Positions 18,285 to 26,582 of a stretch of 52,740 bases of DNA are shown here, in pieces. Below the pieces are notes generated by a model. The model ran no database searches, was not told the DNA's origin, and worked only from the letters and a program-made list of their open reading frames with translations. Numbering within the stretch: position 1 is the first letter of the stretch; every line of letters begins with the position of its first letter. The stretch is from a bacterium (GTDB taxonomy: Bacteria; Actinomycetota; UBA4738; HRBIN12), in NCBI GenBank assembly GCA_023251895.1, contig JAHEXX010000001.1, forward strand, positions 18,965 through 71,704, given 5' to 3'. The position numbers and the translations under genes were made by a program.

Positions 18285-19451
18285 ATGAAGGTCACCAACA
18301 TAAAAGCCATCCCGTACCGGCTCCCGATCCGCCGAGACTTCGGCTGGGCGGGGCTGCATGTGGGCATAGGCAATTTCGTCCTCATTCGGGTTCGAACTGA
18401 TGAGGGATTGGAGGGTCTCGGTGAGGCGGTGCCTCTCGCGGAGTGGGGCGGCGATCACAACCGACGGGCGGGCGAGACGCAGGAAACGGTTGTTCACGTC
18501 GTTGAAGACCTCCTTCGCCCACACCTTGTCGGCGAGGACGCACTCGACGTCGAGCGAATCACCGCGAGGATGGACGCCGTCGTGCGGGGGCACTCCTACG
18601 CCAAGGCCGCTATCGACATCGCCCTTCACGACTTGCTCGGCAAGAAGGCGGGGCTTCCCCTCTACAAGGTTCTGGGTGGAGCTTTCCGCGATGCTGTACC
18701 CGTGGCCCACATGGTCGGTTTGATGCCGCCCGAGGAGGCCGTCGAGGAGGCAGCTGCAGCCATCGCGGACGGCGTTTCCTCGCTCCAGGTGAAGGGCGGT
18801 GTAGACCCCTCGCGCGACGAGACTGTCGTCGGGGCCCTCCGCGAGCGCTTCGGGCCCGAGGTGTGGCTGCGACTCGACGCGAACCAGGGATACGGCGAAG
18901 TCTCTAGCGCTGTCCGTATCTTGCGGCGGATGGAGCCGATGGGCCTGAACTTCGTGGAGCAACCGGTCTCCGGGGTGCGGCAGCTCGCCCAGGTCCGGCA
19001 CGAGGTGCGGACGCCCATCATCGCGGATGAGAGCTGCTGGGATGCGCAAGACGCCCTGGAGTGCGTGCAGTACGAGGCAATGGACGCCATCTCAATCTAC
19101 TTGGCCAAGGCCGGGGGAATCGCTGGGGCTAGGAAGGTGGCAGCGGTCGCCTGGGCCGCGGGTCTGCCATGCGATGTAAACGGTTCGATCGAGTCGGGCG
19201 TGGGCAACGCCGCGAACGTGCACTTCGCCATCGCGACACCCGCAGTGTCCCTGCCATGCGTGATTCCGGTTACGGCGCCTGCTGGGACGGCGCCGTTCGC
19301 GACGGCAGGGCATTACTTCGAGGACGATATCGTCACACGCGCCTTCGGCGTGACCCAAGACAGTGCCCTGCTTCCGCCGGAGGGGGCGGGGCTGGGAGTG
19401 GAGATCGACGACGAGAAGCTGGAGCGATTCCGTGTCGACCACGGTCGGTGA
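18285..19451 (+). CDS. Mandelate racemase / muconate lactonizing enzyme (enolase superfamily) protein
   Basis: LRLDANQGY, FVEQP and IIADES (the Asp/Glu/Asp metal-ligand spacing). AGGAG lies 7 nt upstream of the ATG. Confidence 0.85.
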   Translation: MKVTNIKAIPYRLPIRRDFGWAGLHVGIGNFVLIRVRTDEGLEGLGEAVPLAEWGGDHNRRAGETQETVVHVVEDLLRPHLVGEDALDVERITARMDAVVRGHSYAKAAIDIALHDLLGKKAGLPLYKVLGGAFRDAVPVAHMVGLMPPEEAVEEAAAAIADGVSSLQVKGGVDPSRDETVVGALRERFGPEVWLRLDANQGYGEVSSAVRILRRMEPMGLNFVEQPVSGVRQLAQVRHEVRTPIIADESCWDAQDALECVQYEAMDAISIYLAKAGGIAGARKVAAVAWAAGLPCDVNGSIESGVGNAANVHFAIATPAVSLPCVIPVTAPAGTAPFATAGHYFEDDIVTRAFGVTQDSALLPPEGAGLGVEIDDEKLERFRVDHGR

Positions 19452-20625
19452 GTACCTTGAGCGGCAGGCCCGCTTCGCCAAACGCCTTGCTGCCACCGGG
19501 CTTGCGGGCGGTCTGGTCGTCTCACGGGGCGGCGGCACCTACGATCGCTCCGGCGATGTGCTCTACCTGACCGGGCACTACCAGCCCTACGTCTACCTCC
19601 CTGAAAACCCACCCCGGTGGTCGGGTCGATCACACACCGCATTCCTCATCAAGGCTGATGGAGGCGGAGCCCTCTGCGTCTCGGTGAAAAGGGAGCATGG
19701 CCACGGCCCACTCGCTGCGGACGACGTCCGCAGCGGCGGGGACTTCGTCGAGACCGTGATTGCGACTGCTCGGGATCTCGAGCTTTCACGGGGGCAGGTT
19801 GGCCTGGTGGGGCTCGACGCGCTTCCGGGAAGCCTGTGGGACCGGCTCAGGGCGGGCCTTCCTGAGGTGGTGTTCGTGCAGGCGGATGAGGAGCTTGCGG
19901 CGCTCCGGCGCATCAAGAGTGAAGCCGAGGTAGAGCTCATCCGCGCCGCCTCGACAATGGGCCGACGCGCCGTGACGGCCTTCCTCGGGGCGTTGAAGCC
20001 AGGCGTCACCGAATCTGAGGCGGTGTCCGCCGCAGTGGCCTCAGTCGTCGCCGACGGTGGCGCAGTCTACCTCGCTACGTCCTCGTCCGGCCCATGGACA
20101 TGGTCCTACACCACTACGCCGCTCCCGGGGTACGGCACGCGGCGCCTAGAGGAAGGTGACCTCGTCCGGTTCGACCTTGTCTCGGTGCTTGCGGGCTACT
20201 TCTCGGACTTCGGCCGAACCGTGGTGGTGGGAGACCCCTCCCTGGCCCAGCAGCGCCTACTCGATGCGCTTCATGCCGGGCTGGATGCCGCGATTGCTGC
20301 AGTGCGTCCAGGGGCGCTCGCCCGCGATGTGGCTGCAGCAGGCAACGCCGCGCTCGCGGAGCGGGGCGTTGCTCTTGGGCTAGAGGAGGATGGAGAGCTG
20401 CAGGCCGCCTACCCGCCGCACTGGGGTCACGGGCTCGGTTTGGGGTGGGAGCGGCCATGGTTCGTGGAAGACGAGGATCTCGTGCTGGAGACCGGGATGT
20501 ACCTGGCTCTGGAGCGTGCCCTCACCGCCGATGGCGTGGGGAGCGCGGCGGCCGAGCAAAACCTTCTCGTGTTGGAAGGCGGCCCGGAGGTCCTCACCGA
20601 GGGCCCAGAAGGGCGGTGGTCTTGA
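19432..20625 (+). CDS. M24 family metallopeptidase (Xaa-Pro peptidase / creatinase-type pita-bread fold)
   Basis: IKSEAEVELIRAAS, FDLVSVLAGYFSDFGRT, GHGLGL, and a late E...E pair. The GTG at 19432 overlaps the upstream gene end. Confidence 0.8.
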   Translation: MSTTVGEYLERQARFAKRLAATGLAGGLVVSRGGGTYDRSGDVLYLTGHYQPYVYLPENPPRWSGRSHTAFLIKADGGGALCVSVKREHGHGPLAADDVRSGGDFVETVIATARDLELSRGQVGLVGLDALPGSLWDRLRAGLPEVVFVQADEELAALRRIKSEAEVELIRAASTMGRRAVTAFLGALKPGVTESEAVSAAVASVVADGGAVYLATSSSGPWTWSYTTTPLPGYGTRRLEEGDLVRFDLVSVLAGYFSDFGRTVVVGDPSLAQQRLLDALHAGLDAAIAAVRPGALARDVAAAGNAALAERGVALGLEEDGELQAAYPPHWGHGLGLGWERPWFVEDEDLVLETGMYLALERALTADGVGSAAAEQNLLVLEGGPEVLTEGPEGRWS

Positions 20626-20629
20626 GCCA

Positions 20630-21835
20630 ATGGGGCACGCCAAGATCGAGGCTGACCCGGTTGAAGTCGCCGCCAAGCTGATCCGACGTCCCTGTCTCTC
20701 CGGCGCCGAGGGCGAGATGGCCGACGCAGTAGAGGAGTTCTTGAACGACCTGGGCTACCGGGAGGTGTTCCGTGACCGGCTCGGGAACCTGGTGGGCATC
20801 ATCGGTCCGAACGCGGGGGAGTCGGTTCGGGTCCTCTTCGACGGTCACATGGACGTCGTGCCGCCCGCGGGCGAGTGGTCGGTGAACCCCTTCGACGGCA
20901 TCGTGCGGGACGGGCGGCTCTTCGGGCGCGGCGCAACCGACATGAAAGGAGGCCTCGCTGCGGCCTTGTGCGGCGTCGTGGCAGCGGCAAACGACCTGTC
21001 GCATCCCGTGGCTGTCTCCGCGACCGTGCTCGAAGAGACGATTGAGGGGGTGGCCCTCGGCGAGGTGCTCGATCGTTTGCATCCCGATGCCGTCGTGATC
21101 TGTGAGCCTTCCGGGATGCAGGTGAAGGTCGGCCAGCGCGGTCGCGCCGAAGTACTCCTCACCGCACACGGCGTCCCGGCGCACGCCGCCTCGCCAGAGC
21201 GGGGGCGAAACCCGATCACGCTGATGGCCCAGGCTCTAAGTCGGATCGAGTTAATGGAGTTGCCGATTGACCAGACGCTCGGACCGGCGATCATCGTAGC
21301 CACCGACGTAGTCTCCGATCCGTATCCCTCGATATCGCTGATCCCTTCGAGTGTCACCGTCCGATTCGACAGGCGGACGCTGTTAGACGAGGACGCCCAA
21401 GGGGTGCTCGCCGAGCTACTTGCTGTTGTGGATGGCCTCGACGGGCGGGGGTTCTCGGCCGCGATCACCGCCGACGAGGTGGAGACCTACACGGGCGAGC
21501 GACTACAGGTTGAACGCTACCTGCCAGCCTGGGTGTTGCCGATCGATCACCCGCTGGCCCTGGCGATGACCAGTGCGGTGGCCGCGGCAGGCACGCCGGT
21601 CGAGCTCGGTGTGTGGGGGTTCTGCACTAATGGCTCCGAATCGGCCGGGGTCCGCGGGATCCCAACGATCGGATTTGGCCCCGGATCTCCCGAGGAAGCG
21701 CACATCATCGACGAATCCATCTCGGTGGAGGAGGTCCGGACCGCGGCAGAAGTCTACCGACGACTTGCCATCGCGTACGCAGGGGAGGCAGCTGATGACG
21801 ACGAACGCCACGACGCCGGCCATCGAGGAGGTTGA
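20630..21835 (+). CDS. M20 family metallopeptidase (ArgE/DapE/YgeY-like deacylase)
   Basis: FDGHMDVVPPAGEW...PFDG...GRLFGRGATDMKGG is the M20 signature. Confidence 0.85.
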   Translation: MGHAKIEADPVEVAAKLIRRPCLSGAEGEMADAVEEFLNDLGYREVFRDRLGNLVGIIGPNAGESVRVLFDGHMDVVPPAGEWSVNPFDGIVRDGRLFGRGATDMKGGLAAALCGVVAAANDLSHPVAVSATVLEETIEGVALGEVLDRLHPDAVVICEPSGMQVKVGQRGRAEVLLTAHGVPAHAASPERGRNPITLMAQALSRIELMELPIDQTLGPAIIVATDVVSDPYPSISLIPSSVTVRFDRRTLLDEDAQGVLAELLAVVDGLDGRGFSAAITADEVETYTGERLQVERYLPAWVLPIDHPLALAMTSAVAAAGTPVELGVWGFCTNGSESAGVRGIPTIGFGPGSPEEAHIIDESISVEEVRTAAEVYRRLAIAYAGEAADDDERHDAGHRGG

Positions 21836-22805
21836 CACCGATCTGCTTCGGCAGATGTATCGCACGATGGCCCTGATTCGGGAGGCGGAGGAGACGCTCC
21901 TCAAGCTGTTCCAGCAGGCGCGCATGCCAGGCTTCATCCACTCCTACATCGGGGAAGAGGCCACCGCCGTCGGCGTATGCAGCTCGCTGCGGCCCGACGA
22001 CTACATCACGTCGCACCACCGAGGTCACGGGCACATCCTGGCCAAAGGTGGGGACCTCAAGCTGTTCTTCGCTGAACTCTACGGGAAGGCCACCGGATAT
22101 TGCAGGGGCAAGGGCGGCTCGATGCACGTAGCGGATCTGAGCCTCGGGATCCTTGGTGCGAACGGCGTCGTCGGGGCAGGGATCCCCATCGCCGCCGGTG
22201 CGGCGCTGGGCGCTCAGATGCGAGGGAGCGACCGCGTGGCGGTCGCGTTCACGGGCGACGGTGCGAGCGACATCGGTTCCTTCCACGAATCGCTGAACCT
22301 GGCTGCGCTCTGGGACCTTCCAACTATCTGCGTCGTGGAGAACAACGGTTATGCCGACTTCATCTCCCAGCGCGACCACCAGAAGATCGAGAAGATTTCC
22401 GAGCGCGCCGCCGCCTACGGGATGCCCGGGATCACGGTCGACGGGAACGATGTGATCGCCGTGTACTTGGCCGCGAAGGAGGCGGTGGATCGGGCACGCG
22501 CAGGACACGGACCCACGTTGATCGAGTGCGTCACGTATCGATGGCGGGGCCACTTCGAGGGCGATCCTCAGCCCTACCGCACGCAAGACGAGGTCGAAGA
22601 ATGGAAACAGCGTGATCCGTTGAAGACAGCGGAGCGTTACCTGCGTGAGCGCGACGCCGTCTCCGACGGCGAGAGAGAAGACATGCTGACGGAGATCCGC
22701 GCTGCCATCGACGAGGCCGTGGAGTTCGCAGAGTCGGCGCCGATGCCAGCACCTGAGGACGCGTTGGAAGATATCTACACCGACCTCGTCGTGGAGGGGT
22801 GGTAG
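21795..22805 (+). CDS. Thiamine-diphosphate-dependent 2-oxoacid (acetoin/pyruvate-type) dehydrogenase E1 alpha subunit
   Basis: LLRQMYRTMALIREAEE, HSYIGEEA, TSHHRGHGH, GDGASDIGSFHESLNLAALWDLP and VENNGYA (TPP motif). The ATG at 21795 follows GGGGAGG and overlaps the M20 gene by 41 nt. Confidence 0.85.
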   Translation: MTTNATTPAIEEVDTDLLRQMYRTMALIREAEETLLKLFQQARMPGFIHSYIGEEATAVGVCSSLRPDDYITSHHRGHGHILAKGGDLKLFFAELYGKATGYCRGKGGSMHVADLSLGILGANGVVGAGIPIAAGAALGAQMRGSDRVAVAFTGDGASDIGSFHESLNLAALWDLPTICVVENNGYADFISQRDHQKIEKISERAAAYGMPGITVDGNDVIAVYLAAKEAVDRARAGHGPTLIECVTYRWRGHFEGDPQPYRTQDEVEEWKQRDPLKTAERYLRERDAVSDGEREDMLTEIRAAIDEAVEFAESAPMPAPEDALEDIYTDLVVEGW

Positions 22806-22807
22806 AC

Positions 22808-23779
22808 ATGGCGACCATGACGTATGCGAAGGCGGTGGGTCTTGCCCTCGGTGAAGCGATGGAAGAGGACGACCGAGTGTTCTGCCTCGGCGAGGACGTT
22901 GGGTACGGCGGGGCTTACGGTGCGACTCAAGGTCTACGAGAAAGGTTCGGGCCGGACCGCGTGCGCGACACGCCGATCTCGGAGATCGCGATCGTCGGGT
23001 TCTCTGTCGGCGCAGCGGTGACAGGACTGCGACCCGTGCCAGAGATCATGCACTTCGACTTCATCACGGTCGCCATGGACCAGGTCGTGAACCAGGCAGC
23101 AAAGATGCGGTACATGTTTGGTGGCAAAGCCACCCTCCCACTCGTGATCCGTTGCGGCACGGGGGGTTGGCTGAACGCCGCTGCACAACACTCCCAGTCG
23201 CTCGAGGCGTGGTTCACGCATGTGCCCGGGCTCAAAGTGGCGGCGGCTGGCACGCCGGCGGACATCCGCAACTTGCTGCGAGCGGCGATCCGCGACGAGA
23301 ACCCCGTGATCGTTCAGGAGGCTTTGAGCCTCTACGAGGAGAGTGGGGAGGTGCCCGACGAAGCAGAGGAGTGGGAGCTCGGCACGGCGATGACGAAGCG
23401 GCCCGGGACAGATGTAACCCTCGTGACCTGGGGGGCGATGGTACCTCGGGTCCTCGACGCGTCGGAGATGCTGGCTGCCGACGGGATCGAAGCCGAGGTC
23501 ATCGATCTGATCTCGCTTTTTCCGTGGGACCGCGACGCGGTACTCGAATCGGTCGCCCGTACCAACCGACTGGTCGTTGTCCATCAGGCAGTCAGGCGGA
23601 GCGGGTTCGGGGCTGAGGTTGTCGCAGAGATGGCCGAGAGGGCGTTCGATCATCTGGATGCTCCGATCCTGAGGGTCGCCGCGCTGAACACGCCGGTCCC
23701 GTTCAGCCCGCCACTCGAGGAGTATGTCCTGCCGACGGCCGATCGAGTGGTCGATGCCGTGAAGTCGATCGCCGCATGA
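22808..23779 (+). CDS. 2-oxoacid dehydrogenase E1 beta subunit
   Basis: MTYAKAVGLALGEAMEEDDRVFCLGEDVG...RVRDTPISE is the typical transketolase-like beta subunit N-terminus. Confidence 0.9.
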   Translation: MATMTYAKAVGLALGEAMEEDDRVFCLGEDVGYGGAYGATQGLRERFGPDRVRDTPISEIAIVGFSVGAAVTGLRPVPEIMHFDFITVAMDQVVNQAAKMRYMFGGKATLPLVIRCGTGGWLNAAAQHSQSLEAWFTHVPGLKVAAAGTPADIRNLLRAAIRDENPVIVQEALSLYEESGEVPDEAEEWELGTAMTKRPGTDVTLVTWGAMVPRVLDASEMLAADGIEAEVIDLISLFPWDRDAVLESVARTNRLVVVHQAVRRSGFGAEVVAEMAERAFDHLDAPILRVAALNTPVPFSPPLEEYVLPTADRVVDAVKSIAA

Positions 23780-24537
23780 CCCTCATCGGCGAGCTCGATG
23801 GGGTCCGGGCCATCGTGACCGGCGCTGGTCGTGGACTGGGCCGCGGGATCGCGCTCGGGCTGAGGCAGCGGGGGGCGGCGGTGGCGGCCCTGGACATCGA
23901 TGAAGACGCCGCTCGATCGGTCGCGGACGAGCTGGCGGTCGATGGTGCAAAGAGCATGGCGGCAGGCGTTGATGTCACGGACGAACGAAGTGTCCAAGCG
24001 GCGGTCGAGAAGGTCGTCGAAGGCCTCGCCGGCATCGACCTGCTCGTAAACAACGCCGGCGTGCTCACCATCGCTCGTGTCGTAGACCTTTCGCTTGCAG
24101 AGTGGCGGAGGGTTATGGACGTAAACGCAACGGGCGTGTTTCTCATGACCCGAGAGGTAGCGCGCGTGATGATGAGAGGCGAGGGAGCGCGCTCGATCGT
24201 GTCGATTTCGTCGATCGCTGGCAAGCGGGGCGATCCCGAGCTCGCTCACTATTCCGCTTCGAAGTTCGCTGTCATTGGCTTCACCCAAGCCCTTGCACGG
24301 GAGCTCGCGACGCATGGGATTACGGTGAACGCCGTTTGTCCTGGCCTCGTTGAGACTGAGATGATCATCTCCCTCGGGCAGAGCTGGGGGGAATCGGTGG
24401 AAGAGATGCTCCAGGCGCAGGCGATCCGCCGTCCCCAGACCGCCGAAGAGATCGCGGCGGCAATCTCCTTCCTCCATCGCAGCCGTTCCGTAACCGGCCA
24501 AGCGATCAACGTCGACGGAGGAACCGTCTTCAACTGA
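23776..24537 (+). CDS. SDR family oxidoreductase (acetoin reductase / 3-hydroxyacyl dehydrogenase-like)
   Basis: AIVTGAGRGLGRGIA, NNAG and YSASK. ATGA overlap with the E1 beta gene. Confidence 0.85.
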   Translation: MTLIGELDGVRAIVTGAGRGLGRGIALGLRQRGAAVAALDIDEDAARSVADELAVDGAKSMAAGVDVTDERSVQAAVEKVVEGLAGIDLLVNNAGVLTIARVVDLSLAEWRRVMDVNATGVFLMTREVARVMMRGEGARSIVSISSIAGKRGDPELAHYSASKFAVIGFTQALARELATHGITVNAVCPGLVETEMIISLGQSWGESVEEMLQAQAIRRPQTAEEIAAAISFLHRSRSVTGQAINVDGGTVFN

Positions 24538-24552
24538 AGTCCGCAGGGGGGA

Positions 24553-25782
24553 GTGAGCGACTGGATGGCCGAGATCGTTGTGATGCCAAAGATCGGGCTC
24601 ACAGCCAAGGAGGCGTTACTCAGAGAGTGGCTCGTGGATGAAGGCCAGCAGGTTTCGGCGGGCGAGCCTCTGATGGAGATCGAAACGGACAAGATCGTCA
24701 CCGAAGTGGAGTCTCCGGCGACAGGGGTTCTCCTGAGGCGCATCGAGCCAGACGTCGTCGTGCCAGTGGGTGAACCCATTGCAGTGATCGGCGATGCGAC
24801 GGAAGACGTGACGGCGGCGCCACTGTTCGACGCCGCGCGAGCAGCCGAGGTCGAGTTGAGGGCTGAGGTAGACATGGCACCCGAGCGTATGGCCGAGCCT
24901 CGGTCGGGCGAACGGACGCCGCGCGCCGGCGCGGGACGGCTAAGTGCCTCGCCGGTCGCCCGCAAACGTGCGAAGGAGTTGGGCCTAGACCTGTCCGCAA
25001 TCGTGGGGACGGGTCCGGGAGGCCGCATCACGATTCGGGATATCGAGAAGTCAGCTGCTCATCCTTTGATCTCGATCACCTCGACGGCCGCCCCTTCTCC
25101 GTCGGCCGAGGGTCGGGCGGAGGAACCGTCCAGGCTTCGCAGGGCGATCGCAAATGCAATGTCCTTGAGTGCGGCGGTGCCCCAGTTCTCGCTGGAACGG
25201 GACCTGGACGTGACCGGCCTTCAGGCGAATCTAGCGGAGCGCTCGTTCGGCCTTCCAGCGCCCCTCAGCCTCGCGGACGCGATCGGGGTCGCCGTGGCGA
25301 GGGCAATTCGACGCCACGAGGTCTTCCTGCGCTCGTGGGACGAGGGCGTGTTTCGGTACGCGGAGGGCGTCCACATCGGCATCGCGGTCGCGGTGGAAGA
25401 CGGTCTCATCGTGCCTGTCCTGACCAACGCGGATCGGCTCACGGTGGAGGCATTCTCGTCCGCCCGGCGTGATCTGCAGGAGCGGACACTTGCAGGCCAC
25501 CTCCGCGCGCAGGAGTCGACCGGTGCTGTGTTTACAATCTCCAACCTCGGTCCGTTCGGCGTTGACCGGTTTCGCGCCTTGGTTAACCCGCCCGAGTCGG
25601 GAATCTTGGCAATCGGTCGCGCTAAGGGGAGCGGCGGGCGCTCGACGTTGACTCTAACCCTATCCGCGGACCATCGGGTCGTGGATGGTGTCCAAGGAGC
25701 GCGCCTCATGGACGATATCGCTCGGTCTCTGGAGGATGATGACGGCCACGAGAAGCTATTCGGCCCGCCCGGCGCCGAGTAA
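24553..25782 (+). CDS. Dihydrolipoamide acyltransferase (E2) component
   Basis: Lipoyl domain EIETDKIVTEVESP, subunit-binding domain SPVARKRAKELGLDLSAIVGTGPGGRITIRDIE, and catalytic LSADHRVVDG. ATG 24565 is an alternative start. Confidence 0.9.
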   Translation: MSDWMAEIVVMPKIGLTAKEALLREWLVDEGQQVSAGEPLMEIETDKIVTEVESPATGVLLRRIEPDVVVPVGEPIAVIGDATEDVTAAPLFDAARAAEVELRAEVDMAPERMAEPRSGERTPRAGAGRLSASPVARKRAKELGLDLSAIVGTGPGGRITIRDIEKSAAHPLISITSTAAPSPSAEGRAEEPSRLRRAIANAMSLSAAVPQFSLERDLDVTGLQANLAERSFGLPAPLSLADAIGVAVARAIRRHEVFLRSWDEGVFRYAEGVHIGIAVAVEDGLIVPVLTNADRLTVEAFSSARRDLQERTLAGHLRAQESTGAVFTISNLGPFGVDRFRALVNPPESGILAIGRAKGSGGRSTLTLTLSADHRVVDGVQGARLMDDIARSLEDDDGHEKLFGPPGAE

Positions 25783-25888
25783 GCGGTCGCGATTAGGAAG
25801 GTCGTGCACGAACGCTCACTGTTGGGGTATTCGCTGAGCGGATGAGGATAGTGCTGCAGGCTGAGTCGGCTTGGTGAGTGTCCAGATT

Positions 25889-26332
25889 TCAACCGGCGCC
25901 CAGTTCTCGACCGATCGTTGACACCATGGGCCCTGTCCCACGCTGCAGGTTCAGCCGTCCTTTGAAGGCACCGCCGCCTCGGTCACGATGAATCTGTACG
26001 GGCATTGTTGCCCTCTCACGGAGAAGAGGTCGCCCGAAGGATGGATGCGCTGAGGGAGAAGGCTCCCGAGAAGTTCCGCTCTGCGCAGGCCCCGATTCGA
26101 GTAGATGGCCACGTCGGTGTTCAGGCCCCGTGCCCTGCATCGCTTACGAGTTGTTCTTGAGAGGGATTGGCGCGCCGTAGGAGCCAATTTGATCTTGCAG
26201 CCATGAGGGTGGCGTTCGCCGGCGAGCGGCGGGAATCGCGCTCGTAGTCGCGGCCCAGCGCGACCGCTGCCGGTGCATCAACACAAGGTGTGAGCAGGGT
26301 GACAACCCTGGGCCACAGCCTTCAGAAGACAT
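25889..26332 (-). pseudogene. Tyrosine recombinase (phage-type integrase) remnant, frameshifted and truncated
   Basis: Own translation in three frames: ...LLRRANPSQEQL.. / ..NRGLRRAELLGSLLPQRIHPSGDLFSVRGQQCPYRFIVTEAAV.. / ..RLNLQRGTGPMVS... This follows the XerC-type pattern TGLRxSELxGLxxxDVDxxxxxxxVxGKGxKxRxVPLxxEA. No C-terminal HxxR...Y region is present. Confidence 0.5.
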
Positions 26333-26355
26333 CCCTCGGTCTGGATCCCGGTGCG

Positions 26356-26443
26356 GAGCACCGGATCGCCTTTAGCGGAGCTAACCCTTGGTGCGAGAGG
26401 GGGGATTCGAACCCCCACGCCCTTTCGGGCACCGGATCCTAAG
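26356..26443. repeat. Right copy of the 88-bp direct repeat (att-like), overlapping the 3' 55 nt of tRNA-Leu
   Basis: Identical to 1024-1111. Confidence 0.9.
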
Positions 26444-26476
26444 TCCGGCGCGTCTCCCAGGTTCCGCCACTCTCGC
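26389..26476 (-). tRNA. tRNA-Leu (anticodon TAG), CCA encoded
   Basis: Reverse complement: GCGAGAG..CCGGA CTTAGGA TCCGG, long variable arm TGCCCGAAAGGGCG, GGGGG TTCGAAT CCCCC, then CTCTCGC A CCA. Total 88 nt and a full cloverleaf. Confidence 0.9.
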
Positions 26477-26537
26477 CGGCCGACGGGCAGCCTACCGCTT
26501 CAGGTCCGTCGGTCGGGCGGCGCGTTACGCGGTCACC

Positions 26538-26560
26538 GAGGGGGGCCAGAGGCCCCCCTC
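26538..26560 (-). terminator. GC-rich hairpin (10-bp perfect stem, 3-nt loop) after the BNR gene
   Basis: GAGGGGGGCC aga GGCCCCCCTC, 22 nt downstream of the minus-strand stop at 26583-26585. No U-tract. Confidence 0.5.
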
Positions 26561-26582
26561 GCCACACCGCCCCGTCGAGACG

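Larger units (their letters stand above)
1024..26443. mobile_element. Putative integrated genomic (metabolic) island at tRNA-Leu, delimited by 88-bp direct repeats; integrase decayed
   Basis: Perfect 88-bp repeat at both ends. The right copy overlaps the 3' half of an intact tRNA-Leu; the left copy is an orphan tRNA 3' fragment. An integrase remnant lies next to the tRNA and IS fragments lie inside. Confidence 0.65.
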
